Source: a virus. From it: 64,000 nt of DNA. The number at the start of each line of letters is the position of its first letter. Position 1 is the stretch's first letter. The stretch spans positions 15,962-79,961 of the IMG/VR virus record IMGVR_UViG_3300012351_000008; one strand, written 5' to 3'. The position numbers were made by a program, and so were the translations under genes. Positions 55,398 to 64,000 of this stretch are shown piece by piece. The notes below the pieces were generated by a model that saw only the letters and a program-made list of their open reading frames with translations, had not been told where the DNA came from and did not search any database.

Positions 55398-56138
55398 GTT
55401 TCCCCTCAAGGCGCTAAGACCGGAACAATATGTAAATACATCACCACGAGGCCAGCAACACTCAAAAGAAATAAAACAATCACCGCTACCCCAAACAAAA
55501 AGTCATCATCACTCATCATCGAACCGCCAATACACTCACTAACATCAATAGCACAGCAGTCATCACAATCACACACCACCAGAGCACGTCACCAATACCC
55601 GGCATTCTGACAAACACCACCAGGAAAAGATCGAGCGCCGCCAATAGTTGCGTAGCCCAGGCTAACGACTTCCATGCAGGCCGACCCCACCGTGGCTCTG
55701 TGCATTGCCTGTTCCCCTGTTGCCGTCCCTGTGGGCCAGGATAATGCCATGCTGCCATGTCACATCTCCTCATCGGCCTCTTGCGCTGATTGCTCTGTAT
55801 GAGGCACGATCAGCCCATTTGAAAGAGCCAGCAGTACCAAACCGCTCACAACCAAACACAAAATGCCAAACATCCATACCCAAAGCATCATCGCGCTCAC
55901 CTCCGCGCTCTCAGTAGCATCACAATCAGTACAAACATCGCTAACGACACAACCAGTTCAAACAGCCAGCAGCCATAGCCGATCGTCGGGACCGCAGACA
56001 TACACTGGAGAAACAGATCTATCACAAACATGTAGAGGATGGTCCACTCTAGCGTGTCGTTGCGCTGCGTGTGCCAGGTTGGTGTGGTTGCTGCGTAACG
56101 GTATCGCGCCATCGTTGCTCCTACGATCTACAAGACAA

Positions 56139-56183
56139 TAAAAAAACGGCATCGAACCTCCAATAAAAAAGGTTCGATGCCGG
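56139..56183 (-). terminator. intrinsic terminator
   Basis: CGGCATCGAACC/GGTTCGATGCCG stem plus T-tract. Confidence 0.8.
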
Positions 56184-56223
56184 AACTTTCATTAGTACTG
56201 TCGCATCATTCGATATTCAGTTT

Positions 56224-56442
56224 TTAGTCGTCGTCTTTAGTCAAAAAGTCTAAAGTTGCTTTGATACGCTTAACGATCAGATTGCCTTTAAAATCAATGC
56301 CCTGAGCATCAAAACAGATACGGGCCCAGCCATTGTTCTGTGATTTGACGACTCCAAGAGCCCTGTCTAATTTCTCGGCAACTGGCGCAAGATACGGTAA
56401 CTTGATCGCAAGCATCTCTTGAGTTTCTTTACCGAGTGCCAT
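56224..56442 (-). CDS. small helix-plus-beta-hairpin protein (possibly YezD/DUF2292-like)
   Basis: EKLDRALGVV...GWARICF...KGNLIVKRI; followed by AACTGAATA and a terminator. Confidence 0.45.
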   Translation of the reverse strand: MALGKETQEMLAIKLPYLAPVAEKLDRALGVVKSQNNGWARICFDAQGIDFKGNLIVKRIKATLDFLTKDDD

Positions 56443-56693
56443 CGCTTGCCCGCCTTAGCTATTCTTAGCATAAGCATAACATGGAAGCAGGCAAGTATCA
56501 ATGTGCCATCTTGTGCTATTCACCGCCTGTGATCATTTTTTCACTCCCTCCTTCCTCTCTTTCTGTTTCTCTACCAATCGAGCTCTTATCCTGGCTCTAT
56601 GATGAGCACTACAGATGTTCCCCTTCAATTCATCATACATCGTGGGCTCCCTGCCTTCGCACATATAGCATGGCCGAGTTGATTGATTGGCGC

Positions 56694-56879
56694 TCATAAC
56701 TTTCTCTCACTCTCCTCAGTTGGAAACACCATCTCCAAAAACCTCACAGCTTCCTCACCCGCTAACGGTCCAATCACCATGCCCGTCGGCTCCTCCACCT
56801 TCCCAGCCAACTTCTCCTGTCGCCATTGCGCGACCAGGCGGTCCATTTCCTCTTGCGTCATCGCCTCTTCATCCATCAT
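56694..56879 (-). CDS. small acidic hypothetical protein
   Basis: GAGGG RBS. Confidence 0.5.
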   Translation of the reverse strand: MMDEEAMTQEEMDRLVAQWRQEKLAGKVEEPTGMVIGPLAGEEAVRFLEMVFPTEESERKL

Positions 56880-56917
56880 TTCCCTCTCACTTTCTTATCG
56901 CTCTCGCATCGAACACA

Positions 56918-58279
56918 CTACGAAATTCTCACTTTTCGGTTCGCCAGATACGACCGTACACTTCCGGCCTTAATCAATTTTCCTTCCTGATCTTCTGCCA
57001 ATAACTTCCCCTGTTTGCGTAACTCTCGGACGTATCTTTCGGAACAATTGAGTACCTCTGCTACTTCCGCGATGATGAGCGGTTTACGTCGCGTTAAGAT
57101 GTTAAGGGTGGAAGTATGTTGTTCCGTGGAACCTCCACCATTTGCGCTATTCTCTTCGCGAACTACTTCCACTTCCGGGTCAGTTATTGGTTCCTCAGTA
57201 TCGACAGGTTCCGTATTATAGAGATTTTGGTATTGCTCCTCAGATACTTCCTCAAAAAGTTCCGCGTCTTCGTCATCGGTAGGAAGTAAATTGCTTCCAC
57301 CATCAATCTTACTTTGAGTGCCCAGAGGAGATATAATTTCCTCCTGTTTTACTTCCACTTTTTGAGCATGATTGAGCGTGGCTATCTCCTGTGCTTTCAA
57401 CCTCCAAAACCGGGCACTGGCGGGGCGTTTCATTCCCAAGTAATCAGCGATTTGCTCGTCTGTAGCATCAGGATATCGTTGCAAAAAGGCTACTGTTAGA
57501 ACCAATTTATCTGACTCATCAGTGGAAGGCTGCACATCCACTTTTGCTTCCACAGATTGAGGCACTTCTGGTAGAGATGCAGGTTGCACTTCTTCCTCCT
57601 GCACAATCTTCTTGATCCCTGTTACGGTTTCCTTGCCAGCCTGAACAGTGCCCAACACGGCACCCTTTACGCGACCCTGAATACTTCCACCTTGTACCTC
57701 TTTGAGTTCCTTTTCTACTTCCTTCCGATCACGCAATTCTGTCAACCGCGAGCGCATCTCCTCAACAGTTTCAACCTTCTGATTCATGACCGTATGGAGC
57801 ATCGCAGTGTAGGCTAATGAAAACAATGGAACAGCCGAGATAATACAGGGGGTAATGTAGCCAGTGGTCGTAATACCGAACGCGATACTGATGTTCCATA
57901 TGTCTGCCTGGCGGATAGGATCGTTATTCATCCCGTAAAGATAATTGGCATACCAGGAGAGGAGAGAGAGAGCAACAATGAACACCCAGGTCACACCCGA
58001 CCTGGCACCCTTACCTGCTACCTGCACCCAGGACAGCCACGCAATCATCACGTCAATACCTACAGCTACACCGTAGGTTGTAACGAGTGTATACCAGCTT
58101 CCATCCTTCGGCTCATAAGATTGGTAGAGCCAGGCCACGTGTGGGATAGAAACCGCCAGAAATGATAAGAACGCACCCCAGAACAAACCAAGCGTGATAA
58201 TGCGCTGCACCTTCGAGACAGCCTTCTCCTCGTGCGCGATAGGCTGCTGTGGTTGCCCTTGTTGTACCATCGTTGCCAT
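56918..58279 (-). CDS. multi-TM membrane protein with coiled coil and C-terminal HTH (Spd/DUF2637-like architecture)
   Basis: Four hydrophobic segments; C-terminal IAEVAEVLNCSERYVRELRKQGKL. Confidence 0.7.
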   Translation of the reverse strand: MATMVQQGQPQQPIAHEEKAVSKVQRIITLGLFWGAFLSFLAVSIPHVAWLYQSYEPKDGSWYTLVTTYGVAVGIDVMIAWLSWVQVAGKGARSGVTWVFIVALSLLSWYANYLYGMNNDPIRQADIWNISIAFGITTTGYITPCIISAVPLFSLAYTAMLHTVMNQKVETVEEMRSRLTELRDRKEVEKELKEVQGGSIQGRVKGAVLGTVQAGKETVTGIKKIVQEEEVQPASLPEVPQSVEAKVDVQPSTDESDKLVLTVAFLQRYPDATDEQIADYLGMKRPASARFWRLKAQEIATLNHAQKVEVKQEEIISPLGTQSKIDGGSNLLPTDDEDAELFEEVSEEQYQNLYNTEPVDTEEPITDPEVEVVREENSANGGGSTEQHTSTLNILTRRKPLIIAEVAEVLNCSERYVRELRKQGKLLAEDQEGKLIKAGSVRSYLANRKVRIS

Positions 58280-58298
58280 AACTACAATCCTTTCACTA

Positions 58299-58625
58299 CT
58301 ACAAATCAAACTCAATCACCGTCTCGTCCGACTTACGAGACTTTCCGTTGCTATCTATAGCGCCGAAGTAATCAATAACATCAAGGTCGCCAGAATATAC
58401 GATAGTAGCAAACAATCTTACCAGGCCAGAGTTGTCGGGAAGAATAACATGAGAGTAACTAACGCTGTGGATAGTGACAACGGTTCCCAAGCGATTAATA
58501 TATTCGTTCAATCTACGGTGTCCTCTGTTCACAGAACCTTCTGTATAACCGCCGTTATCCTCATGCCACCCGCGATCGCCAAAAAATGTGAGCACTTTAT
58601 GGTGCTCGTACTTCCTTGCTGACAT
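58299..58625 (-). CDS. hypothetical protein
   Basis: AGGAGG RBS. Confidence 0.55.
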   Translation of the reverse strand: MSARKYEHHKVLTFFGDRGWHEDNGGYTEGSVNRGHRRLNEYINRLGTVVTIHSVSYSHVILPDNSGLVRLFATIVYSGDLDVIDYFGAIDSNGKSRKSDETVIEFDL

Positions 58626-58654
58626 CCTTGTTATCCTCCTATTTGCTCTTTAAA

Positions 58655-58759
58655 TGGCTCTGTGTGGGCTAGTGTGTGTGTCGGAGTAAATCCGTGTGCA
58701 TGGCTCTACAAGCGGCACACAGAGCCACGCACGCACACACACAGGACACACACACTAGC
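58655..58759. repeat. two interleaved perfect inverted repeats in a CA/TG-rich tract
   Basis: TGGCTCTGTGTG (58655) / CACACAGAGCCA (58716); GCTAGTGTGTGTGTC (58668) / GACACACACACTAGC (58745). Confidence 0.8.
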
Positions 58760-59120
58760 TAGCCCTCTTTAAACTTCTAATATTCACGCATTGAATACAT
58801 GTGCGCCAAACACGTCCATTCTTCTCTCGAATCCGTGTATTGTCAGAATTGAAAACATGGCCTCTAATACAACACAACTTTCTAGCATGTTGATTTTTAG
58901 TTAGTTGTCGATGTGTTGTTTTATCTAGTGCTACTAAGTGATCGGGATTGATACAGTCCCTTGTTTCGCAATCGTGATGTACTTCATATCCATCGGGTAT
59001 AACGCCATGAGCTTTTTCGTAGGCTTCACGATGGACATACACTTTACTACCCTTAGACATGTAGTATCCATATCCATGAGGATCTGTTTTTCCGCAGAAG
59101 AGAATGCAATTATCCCTCAT
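58755..59120 (-). CDS. HNH endonuclease (homing type)
   Basis: GYG...VHREAYE...VHHDCETRDCINPDHL...CIRGH...CIQC. Confidence 0.85.
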   Translation of the reverse strand: MRDNCILFCGKTDPHGYGYYMSKGSKVYVHREAYEKAHGVIPDGYEVHHDCETRDCINPDHLVALDKTTHRQLTKNQHARKLCCIRGHVFNSDNTRIREKNGRVWRTCIQCVNIRSLKRAS

Positions 59121-60645
59121 CTTCAGCCTCCATCTTCTCGATAGCCATCTGAATTTTCGGCTGAAGATTACGTGCCTGATTTGGATTTATCTCAAGTGCG
59201 GCAGCAAGTTTACTGATAGAAGTGTGACCTTCTAAGTAAGCATTGATACCACGCTGTAGTAATTCAGCTTCTTTATTCACACGAGGCGGACGCTTTGGCT
59301 GCAACTCTTCCATATCAGCCAACCTACGAGTAACGGCTGGCTCAAGCATCTGAGTCTGATTTACACGGGTAAGATTACCCAGGCCAGGAGTATAGCTGTA
59401 ATTCTTAGTGAATCTCTCACGAATACGGGTGCGGAAACCGATAATGTTGGGCGGCCAGTGCAGGCGGAATATGAACACCTCACCCTGCAACATGCTAAGA
59501 ACTTCATTTCTATCCAGACCACGTTTCTCATACCCAGCAAGATCAATGGGCTCGTTCTGCTTCAGTAAGAACATCCACTGTGCCTGCATTACCTGCTTGT
59601 TGATACGGCTGTATTTCTGAGTTGCAAACGTAGAACCTATGGCTCGTTTAAGGCCCTGAGCAACCACTGTATTGAAGAATGTCTGATGAAGCAGGGTTTG
59701 ATGTTCTTTGGTCACGTAACTATCAGCCAGATTTTGTGGCAACCACTTATGGGCTTCATCAAGGACAATCTCTGTTGGAATGCGGTATTCAACATCGCGC
59801 TCTTGCTGCCAATCATTGATACCAGCAACAATCTCAACCATAATTACGGCTGCGTCATCATCTGCATATGACTTCAGGTTTACAACTACCTGTAATCTCT
59901 CTTCTACGATACGACGGCCAAAATCATAGGCTTCATCTAGTTCAAGGGCTTCGTAGCAATGTTTGGCATGGCTCTCATTGCGCCAGTTCTCATGGCCTGC
60001 GTGAACCATACGCTGTAGGTGCTTTGGGTCAAGCAGGCCATCATACTCATCTTCAGTGTCAAAAACGCATATCGGCATACCTGTTGGACCCATGTTCTCA
60101 ACAAGCACTGCTATCAGGTTGCTCTTGCCAGAACGCGTGATACCGCACACAAACTTTGTTGCTGGCACCAGGCTATGGATAGTGGGATTGAAGTTGGGTG
60201 CTAGATTTGCCCCTTCCTTTTCGAAGATTTGCGGTGGAGGACCGTCACCATCCACGGCTCCATCATCATAGCTGATGACGCTGGTAGAGGAAGCAGGAAC
60301 CAATGCTCGGCTTGTGCCCGCTATAACTTCTTCACCCTGTACCGTTTCAGGCTCATACCCAACCATCAATTGGGCAAAGCCTTTGCGTGTTAGGTGCATG
60401 TTCTCTATCTTGCGCTTCGCCAGCTTCACCCCCAGGATGAACAGGCCGAGGATCACCCCGGCCCCAATCATCGCAAAGAAGATCCCCTGCATGCCCAGAT
60501 GGAGACTTTGCGCAGGAACAACAATCAGTGCAAGAAGCAGGAAGTACACCACGATATAAATTGCCGTGTAATCCTTCTTCGGCTGCTCGTATACCACGAA
60601 CTCTTGCGCCTCTTCATCCCAATACATATCTTGTTGTTGTGCCAT
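59110..60645 (-). CDS. membrane-anchored HerA/FtsK-superfamily ATPase
   Basis: Two N-terminal TMs; Walker A GITRSGKS; Walker B IVLDEAH; FATQK; C-terminal HTH-like segment. Confidence 0.8.
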   Translation of the reverse strand: MAQQQDMYWDEEAQEFVVYEQPKKDYTAIYIVVYFLLLALIVVPAQSLHLGMQGIFFAMIGAGVILGLFILGVKLAKRKIENMHLTRKGFAQLMVGYEPETVQGEEVIAGTSRALVPASSTSVISYDDGAVDGDGPPPQIFEKEGANLAPNFNPTIHSLVPATKFVCGITRSGKSNLIAVLVENMGPTGMPICVFDTEDEYDGLLDPKHLQRMVHAGHENWRNESHAKHCYEALELDEAYDFGRRIVEERLQVVVNLKSYADDDAAVIMVEIVAGINDWQQERDVEYRIPTEIVLDEAHKWLPQNLADSYVTKEHQTLLHQTFFNTVVAQGLKRAIGSTFATQKYSRINKQVMQAQWMFLLKQNEPIDLAGYEKRGLDRNEVLSMLQGEVFIFRLHWPPNIIGFRTRIRERFTKNYSYTPGLGNLTRVNQTQMLEPAVTRRLADMEELQPKRPPRVNKEAELLQRGINAYLEGHTSISKLAAALEINPNQARNLQPKIQMAIEKMEAEDEG

Positions 60646-60659
60646 GACAGATATCCTTT

Positions 60660-61349
60660 CTAATCGCCGCTATCGCGATGCATCAGGTTGTGAGCTGCTG
60701 CAAACCCGGCGGTGATGTACTCGATAGAGCGAACAAAAGCGATAGTGGAAAGGGCATACAAAGCCACGGCGTAAATGAAAATCACGAATACCTGCGTTCC
60801 AGGGTCCAGGTGCATCGTGTAAGATTGAATGAAGGTATAATCCCCGATCGTGTCCACCACAAAGCCGAGCGCACCCCAGATCAACACAAGGTTCACATGC
60901 TGTATCATCTCAACTGCGGTGTTGCGCATAGCCTGTGCTTTATCGGCTCCGCCACTGCTACCACCAGCCGCCACACGCATATTGTGCTTTTTCCAGGTGG
61001 TGTCCAGTCGCCAGGTCAGCATCGTCAGTGCAAACTGAAAGCTAAAGGCGATCAGCGCGCAAATACAGAAGATGACCGGCTGTCTTTGTGCATCTATCGG
61101 AGTGCCAATCGGGTTGAAGATAAACCAGAACGCCGTGAAGGTCGTCACCATCTGCCAGATGTTGGCGGCAAACCCTGAGAATGTGCCAATACCACCAATG
61201 ACGTACATCGCACCGGGGGCCGTGTGGACCGTCTCATCGGGCGCTTGCCGCACAAACACACGCTCGCGTTGCTTCGGGCCAGCCCCATTGCTACCGGTTG
61301 ACCCACCACCAGAGGAGGTGGACTTCTTTTTGAGGTAGTTATATGCCAT
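60660..61349 (-). CDS. multi-TM membrane protein
   Basis: Four hydrophobic segments. Confidence 0.7.
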   Translation of the reverse strand: MAYNYLKKKSTSSGGGSTGSNGAGPKQRERVFVRQAPDETVHTAPGAMYVIGGIGTFSGFAANIWQMVTTFTAFWFIFNPIGTPIDAQRQPVIFCICALIAFSFQFALTMLTWRLDTTWKKHNMRVAAGGSSGGADKAQAMRNTAVEMIQHVNLVLIWGALGFVVDTIGDYTFIQSYTMHLDPGTQVFVIFIYAVALYALSTIAFVRSIEYITAGFAAAHNLMHRDSGD

Positions 61350-61351
61350 CC

Positions 61352-61558
61352 TTACGCCTTCTTTCTGAACGTTTGTACGATCGCGTATATCATGCCGACA
61401 ATCGTGAGCACACCCTGGACAACATAGCCAATGAGCATGGCTGTGCCTGCGTGAAGGGCTCCATCATGGAAGTACAGGCTGTCCAGCAACCCGTTCACGA
61501 CGATACAGAACACGTTGATGCTAGTAGCAATGAATAATCCCTTAGTCACCCGGTCCAT
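61352..61558 (-). CDS. small two-TM protein
   Basis: Hydrophobicity; operon packing. Confidence 0.55.
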   Translation of the reverse strand: MDRVTKGLFIATSINVFCIVVNGLLDSLYFHDGALHAGTAMLIGYVVQGVLTIVGMIYAIVQTFRKKA

Positions 61559-61559
61559 A

Positions 61560-61760
61560 CTAGCGTCCCTTCTTCACAACTACACGCGCTACAACAATTC
61601 GACTCGCAAGAACCACCGCCATCATCAGCACATTCACGGCAATCACCACGTTCCAGTTGTTCGTGTTGCTGCCACTCGCCAGGCTCATCACGGTGGCAAA
61701 TCCATTGATGAGCATCTGGAATATCAGCACCTGGATCGCTAGATCGTCCAACTTCCTCAT
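61560..61760 (-). CDS. small two-TM protein
   Basis: Hydrophobicity; ATGA overlap. Confidence 0.55.
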   Translation of the reverse strand: MRKLDDLAIQVLIFQMLINGFATVMSLASGSNTNNWNVVIAVNVLMMAVVLASRIVVARVVVKKGR

Positions 61761-61933
61761 GCTTGCCCCTGCTGCTTCTCATCCAACAAAGGTATCTTGC
61801 CCGTCCTCAAGTTAATCGGCACGACCAGGGTCAACAGAGCAACCTCGTGCAGTTCCTCCTTGTTCAGTGGGTTCGTTGGGCTGCCAAATCTGGACCACAA
61901 CTCTTTGAATCTCCGCTTCTGCTCCTCAGTCAT
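61757..61933 (-). CDS. hypothetical protein
   Basis: GAAAGGA RBS before ATG 61933. Confidence 0.5.
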   Translation of the reverse strand: MTEEQKRRFKELWSRFGSPTNPLNKEELHEVALLTLVVPINLRTGKIPLLDEKQQGQA

Positions 61934-62074
61934 TCTCGAACATCCTTTCATCTTGCACCACAGGCGGCCTCCTGCTAGAATGCAAGATGCCGTTTTAGTG
62001 GCTCGCAACTGCTACTCGGTCACTGCTCACTCAGTTGGTTTGGTCACTGGACTGAGTGAGCATACAAAAACACA

Positions 62075-62293
62075 CTACGCTTCCTGCAACTGTTCCTCGT
62101 CAAACCATGCCGGGTCCAACCGTGTCTCCTCAAGCGATGCACCATCCCATGATTTGCGCTCAGTTTTACGGCCTCGATCAAACACACACCAATAATCGCT
62201 GGCATCAGCGCGCTCAACCACGGCTGACTCTCGCTCAATCCCAGCATCCACTTCCGTCACCAGCACTCGCTGACCCACCCGAAACTTTAACAT
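62075..62293 (-). CDS. small SH3/KOW-like beta-barrel protein
   Basis: KFRVGQRVLV...AVV...YWCVFD. Confidence 0.5.
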   Translation of the reverse strand: MLKFRVGQRVLVTEVDAGIERESAVVERADASDYWCVFDRGRKTERKSWDGASLEETRLDPAWFDEEQLQEA

Positions 62294-62336
62294 TCTCTCT
62301 CTCGCTCCTCTCTCACCGCTCTCGCCGAACGATGCA

Positions 62337-62546
62337 CTACTCTTGCTTAGTATCTACACCGATACGCTTTAGCACGTCGGCTTCAGATAGTTTTTCGATG
62401 GTTCTTTCGCTCCCCATGTATCTAGATAGCTGCTTGCCTGCTTCTCGGCGTTTGGCGTAGCCATATCGTGTTTGATATAGTTTTGTCCAATTTAGCCGCC
62501 ATCCATGTTTCTTGAGCAAAGCTTTTAAGCTCTGTTCATCCACCAT
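62337..62546 (-). CDS. small basic hypothetical protein
   Basis: GAGGTG RBS; first gene after the promoter. Confidence 0.6.
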   Translation of the reverse strand: MVDEQSLKALLKKHGWRLNWTKLYQTRYGYAKRREAGKQLSRYMGSERTIEKLSEADVLKRIGVDTKQE

Positions 62547-62586
62547 GCATCACCTCTTTTGAACTAGCCTCATACGGCATAGATTA

Positions 62587-62776
62587 ATTGTAACCCTATA
62601 AGGTCACAAAGTCAAGAGATTTTGCAGGTAAATTTGGTTAATTAATAAAATTAACACCTATATTGTATCATATCACCATTTTAGGAAGGGTTTCATTGCG
62701 GGTTTGTTTGTAATCGTGTATGCTGTAAGAAAAGTAAATTTAGTAAATTTTACAAATATCCGAAAGGTAATTTACT
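62587..62776. promoter_or_regulatory. divergent control region
   Basis: - strand TTGACT(62615)-17-TACAAT; GTAAATTT at 62628, 62734 and 62743. Confidence 0.6.
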
Positions 62777-63937
62777 ATGCCGCAGCGCAAAGCACCACCT
62801 TCTGGCTACTGTACGGCTACTGAGGCAATGAAAATTTTAGGAAATAAAATGCTCTATCGGTATATTGAGCGTGGGCTTATCCATCCTCTAGGGCCTGAGA
62901 TCCGCAAACACAAGTATTACTCGATCAGTGAACTAGAGCAGGTTAGAGCCCAGGAAACAGCTTTCTATAATCCACCTAAGACAATTGAGCAAGCACTACA
63001 AAATCACACCATTTCTTTTAGCCGGGCTACACCAGACGATATGGAAGGTGTCTATGCTGTAGCCTCCAAGCTTTTTCACCACACGACAAGTGCTGATGCT
63101 CGCAAGCCTCTGGTAGATCGCTGTCCAGATGGAAACTACATCTTGAAGGACAATGGCATCATTGTTGCTTACATTCACTTACAGCCATTGAAGCATGATC
63201 GGCTCATGGAATTTATGCATGGAAGGCTTAGGGGTTGGGAGCTTTCCGTTGACGATTTACAATGTTTCCCTATAGGCACATCTATAGAATTGTTAATAAA
63301 AAGCGTCGGAGCCTATGCCGAGAAACCAGCGATGCAACGGTTCTACATGCAACGCCTTCTCGTTGGTACTGCTCATGCTATCGCACAACTCGGAAGTAAA
63401 GGAGTATATATTACCAAGTTGTACGCCACCAGCGAGACGCCAACTGGCATTGAAATGGCGATAAGAGCAAAGATGACTTCCATGGGTCCAATGAAGGGGT
63501 CCAAGGGAATGAAGCGTTACGCTTTTGTGCTAGATGTGGCTACATCTGATCTACAGTTAGTACATCCCTATCAAGTAGCGTATGCCATGTGGCAATCAGA
63601 ACGCACTGCACCAGTCCGGGCAGCAGTTACATCTCTAAAGAAACCTCCACCAACGGCAACCATAAAATCAAATCGGGACTCTCTACCAGCCGATATGACA
63701 AACTTCACGCATTTCTACCGACGACACATGATCGCTGACGCAACGGCTGGCCGAGCACGTATTAATGGAAAGATTACGGCAACAGCAGGGAAATGGAGGG
63801 ACGAAACTGGGCATCCAATCCAATGGGCACTTGACCAGGCGCAACAGAGCGACTTTTGCAAGTACTTCAAACTGTACTCTCCAGATGCGAAGCTTGTAGA
63901 GTGTGGTAATCCTGATTGTGTCTGTCATTTTGTATGA
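62777..63937 (+). CDS. putative regulator: N-terminal MerR/excisionase-like HTH, GNAT-like middle domain, C-terminal Cys motif
   Basis: YCTATEAMKILG...LYRYIERGLI; FSRATPDDMEGV...YATSETPTGI; ECGNPDCVCH. Confidence 0.6.
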   Translation: MPQRKAPPSGYCTATEAMKILGNKMLYRYIERGLIHPLGPEIRKHKYYSISELEQVRAQETAFYNPPKTIEQALQNHTISFSRATPDDMEGVYAVASKLFHHTTSADARKPLVDRCPDGNYILKDNGIIVAYIHLQPLKHDRLMEFMHGRLRGWELSVDDLQCFPIGTSIELLIKSVGAYAEKPAMQRFYMQRLLVGTAHAIAQLGSKGVYITKLYATSETPTGIEMAIRAKMTSMGPMKGSKGMKRYAFVLDVATSDLQLVHPYQVAYAMWQSERTAPVRAAVTSLKKPPPTATIKSNRDSLPADMTNFTHFYRRHMIADATAGRARINGKITATAGKWRDETGHPIQWALDQAQQSDFCKYFKLYSPDAKLVECGNPDCVCHFV

Positions 63938-63940
63938 ATC

Positions 63941-63973
63941 AAAGGAGCCTTGAGTGCCTGCTCAAGGCTCCTA
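63941..63973. terminator. terminator-like hairpin
   Basis: AGGAGCCTTGAG/CTCAAGGCTCCT stem. Confidence 0.7.
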
Positions 63974-64000
63974 CTCACTCAAATGTTCTTCCACCAGATA

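Noticed and set aside
1-64000. Genome-wide TGA reassignment to explain the stop at 7121
   Set aside because: Many genes end in TGA with ATGA/GTGA overlaps, and the long genes are intact in the standard code

Overview
The window is phage DNA from end to end, with no host housekeeping genes: most of a siphovirus-type genome or prophage. A Chloroflexota/Ktedonobacteria-like host is a tentative inference from gene-family style only. The left arm (1-13.2 kb, mostly + strand) is early, recombination and replication: a single-strand annealing protein, an adenine methyltransferase, an ASCH protein, a tyrosine recombinase with an adjacent dif/lox-like site, an XRE switch, an initiator with iterons and an HNH-DnaC fusion. 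The minus strand from about 56.4 to 13.3 kb carries terminase, portal, protease, capsid, decoration/fibre, tail and lysis genes. The right end (56.9-62.5 kb) holds a membrane-protein plus HerA/FtsK-like ATPase module. Main observations: (1) six copies of an 18-nt tandem-GAGCC motif, each overlapping an intrinsic terminator at the head of a late module and usually just after an extended -10 promoter, with a Com-like zinc-ribbon gene as candidate antiterminator; (2) a gene missed by the ORF track (6992-7267) with an in-frame TGA followed by a SECIS-like hairpin, a candidate phage selenoprotein; (3) an ORF-less group I intron (40383-40655) in a virion gene, next to a free-standing GIY-YIG endonuclease; (4) a Hint domain ending His-Asn-Ala inside the tape measure protein, followed by 22 WPSLPEIK repeats. 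All product calls come from reading motifs by eye; no database searches were run.
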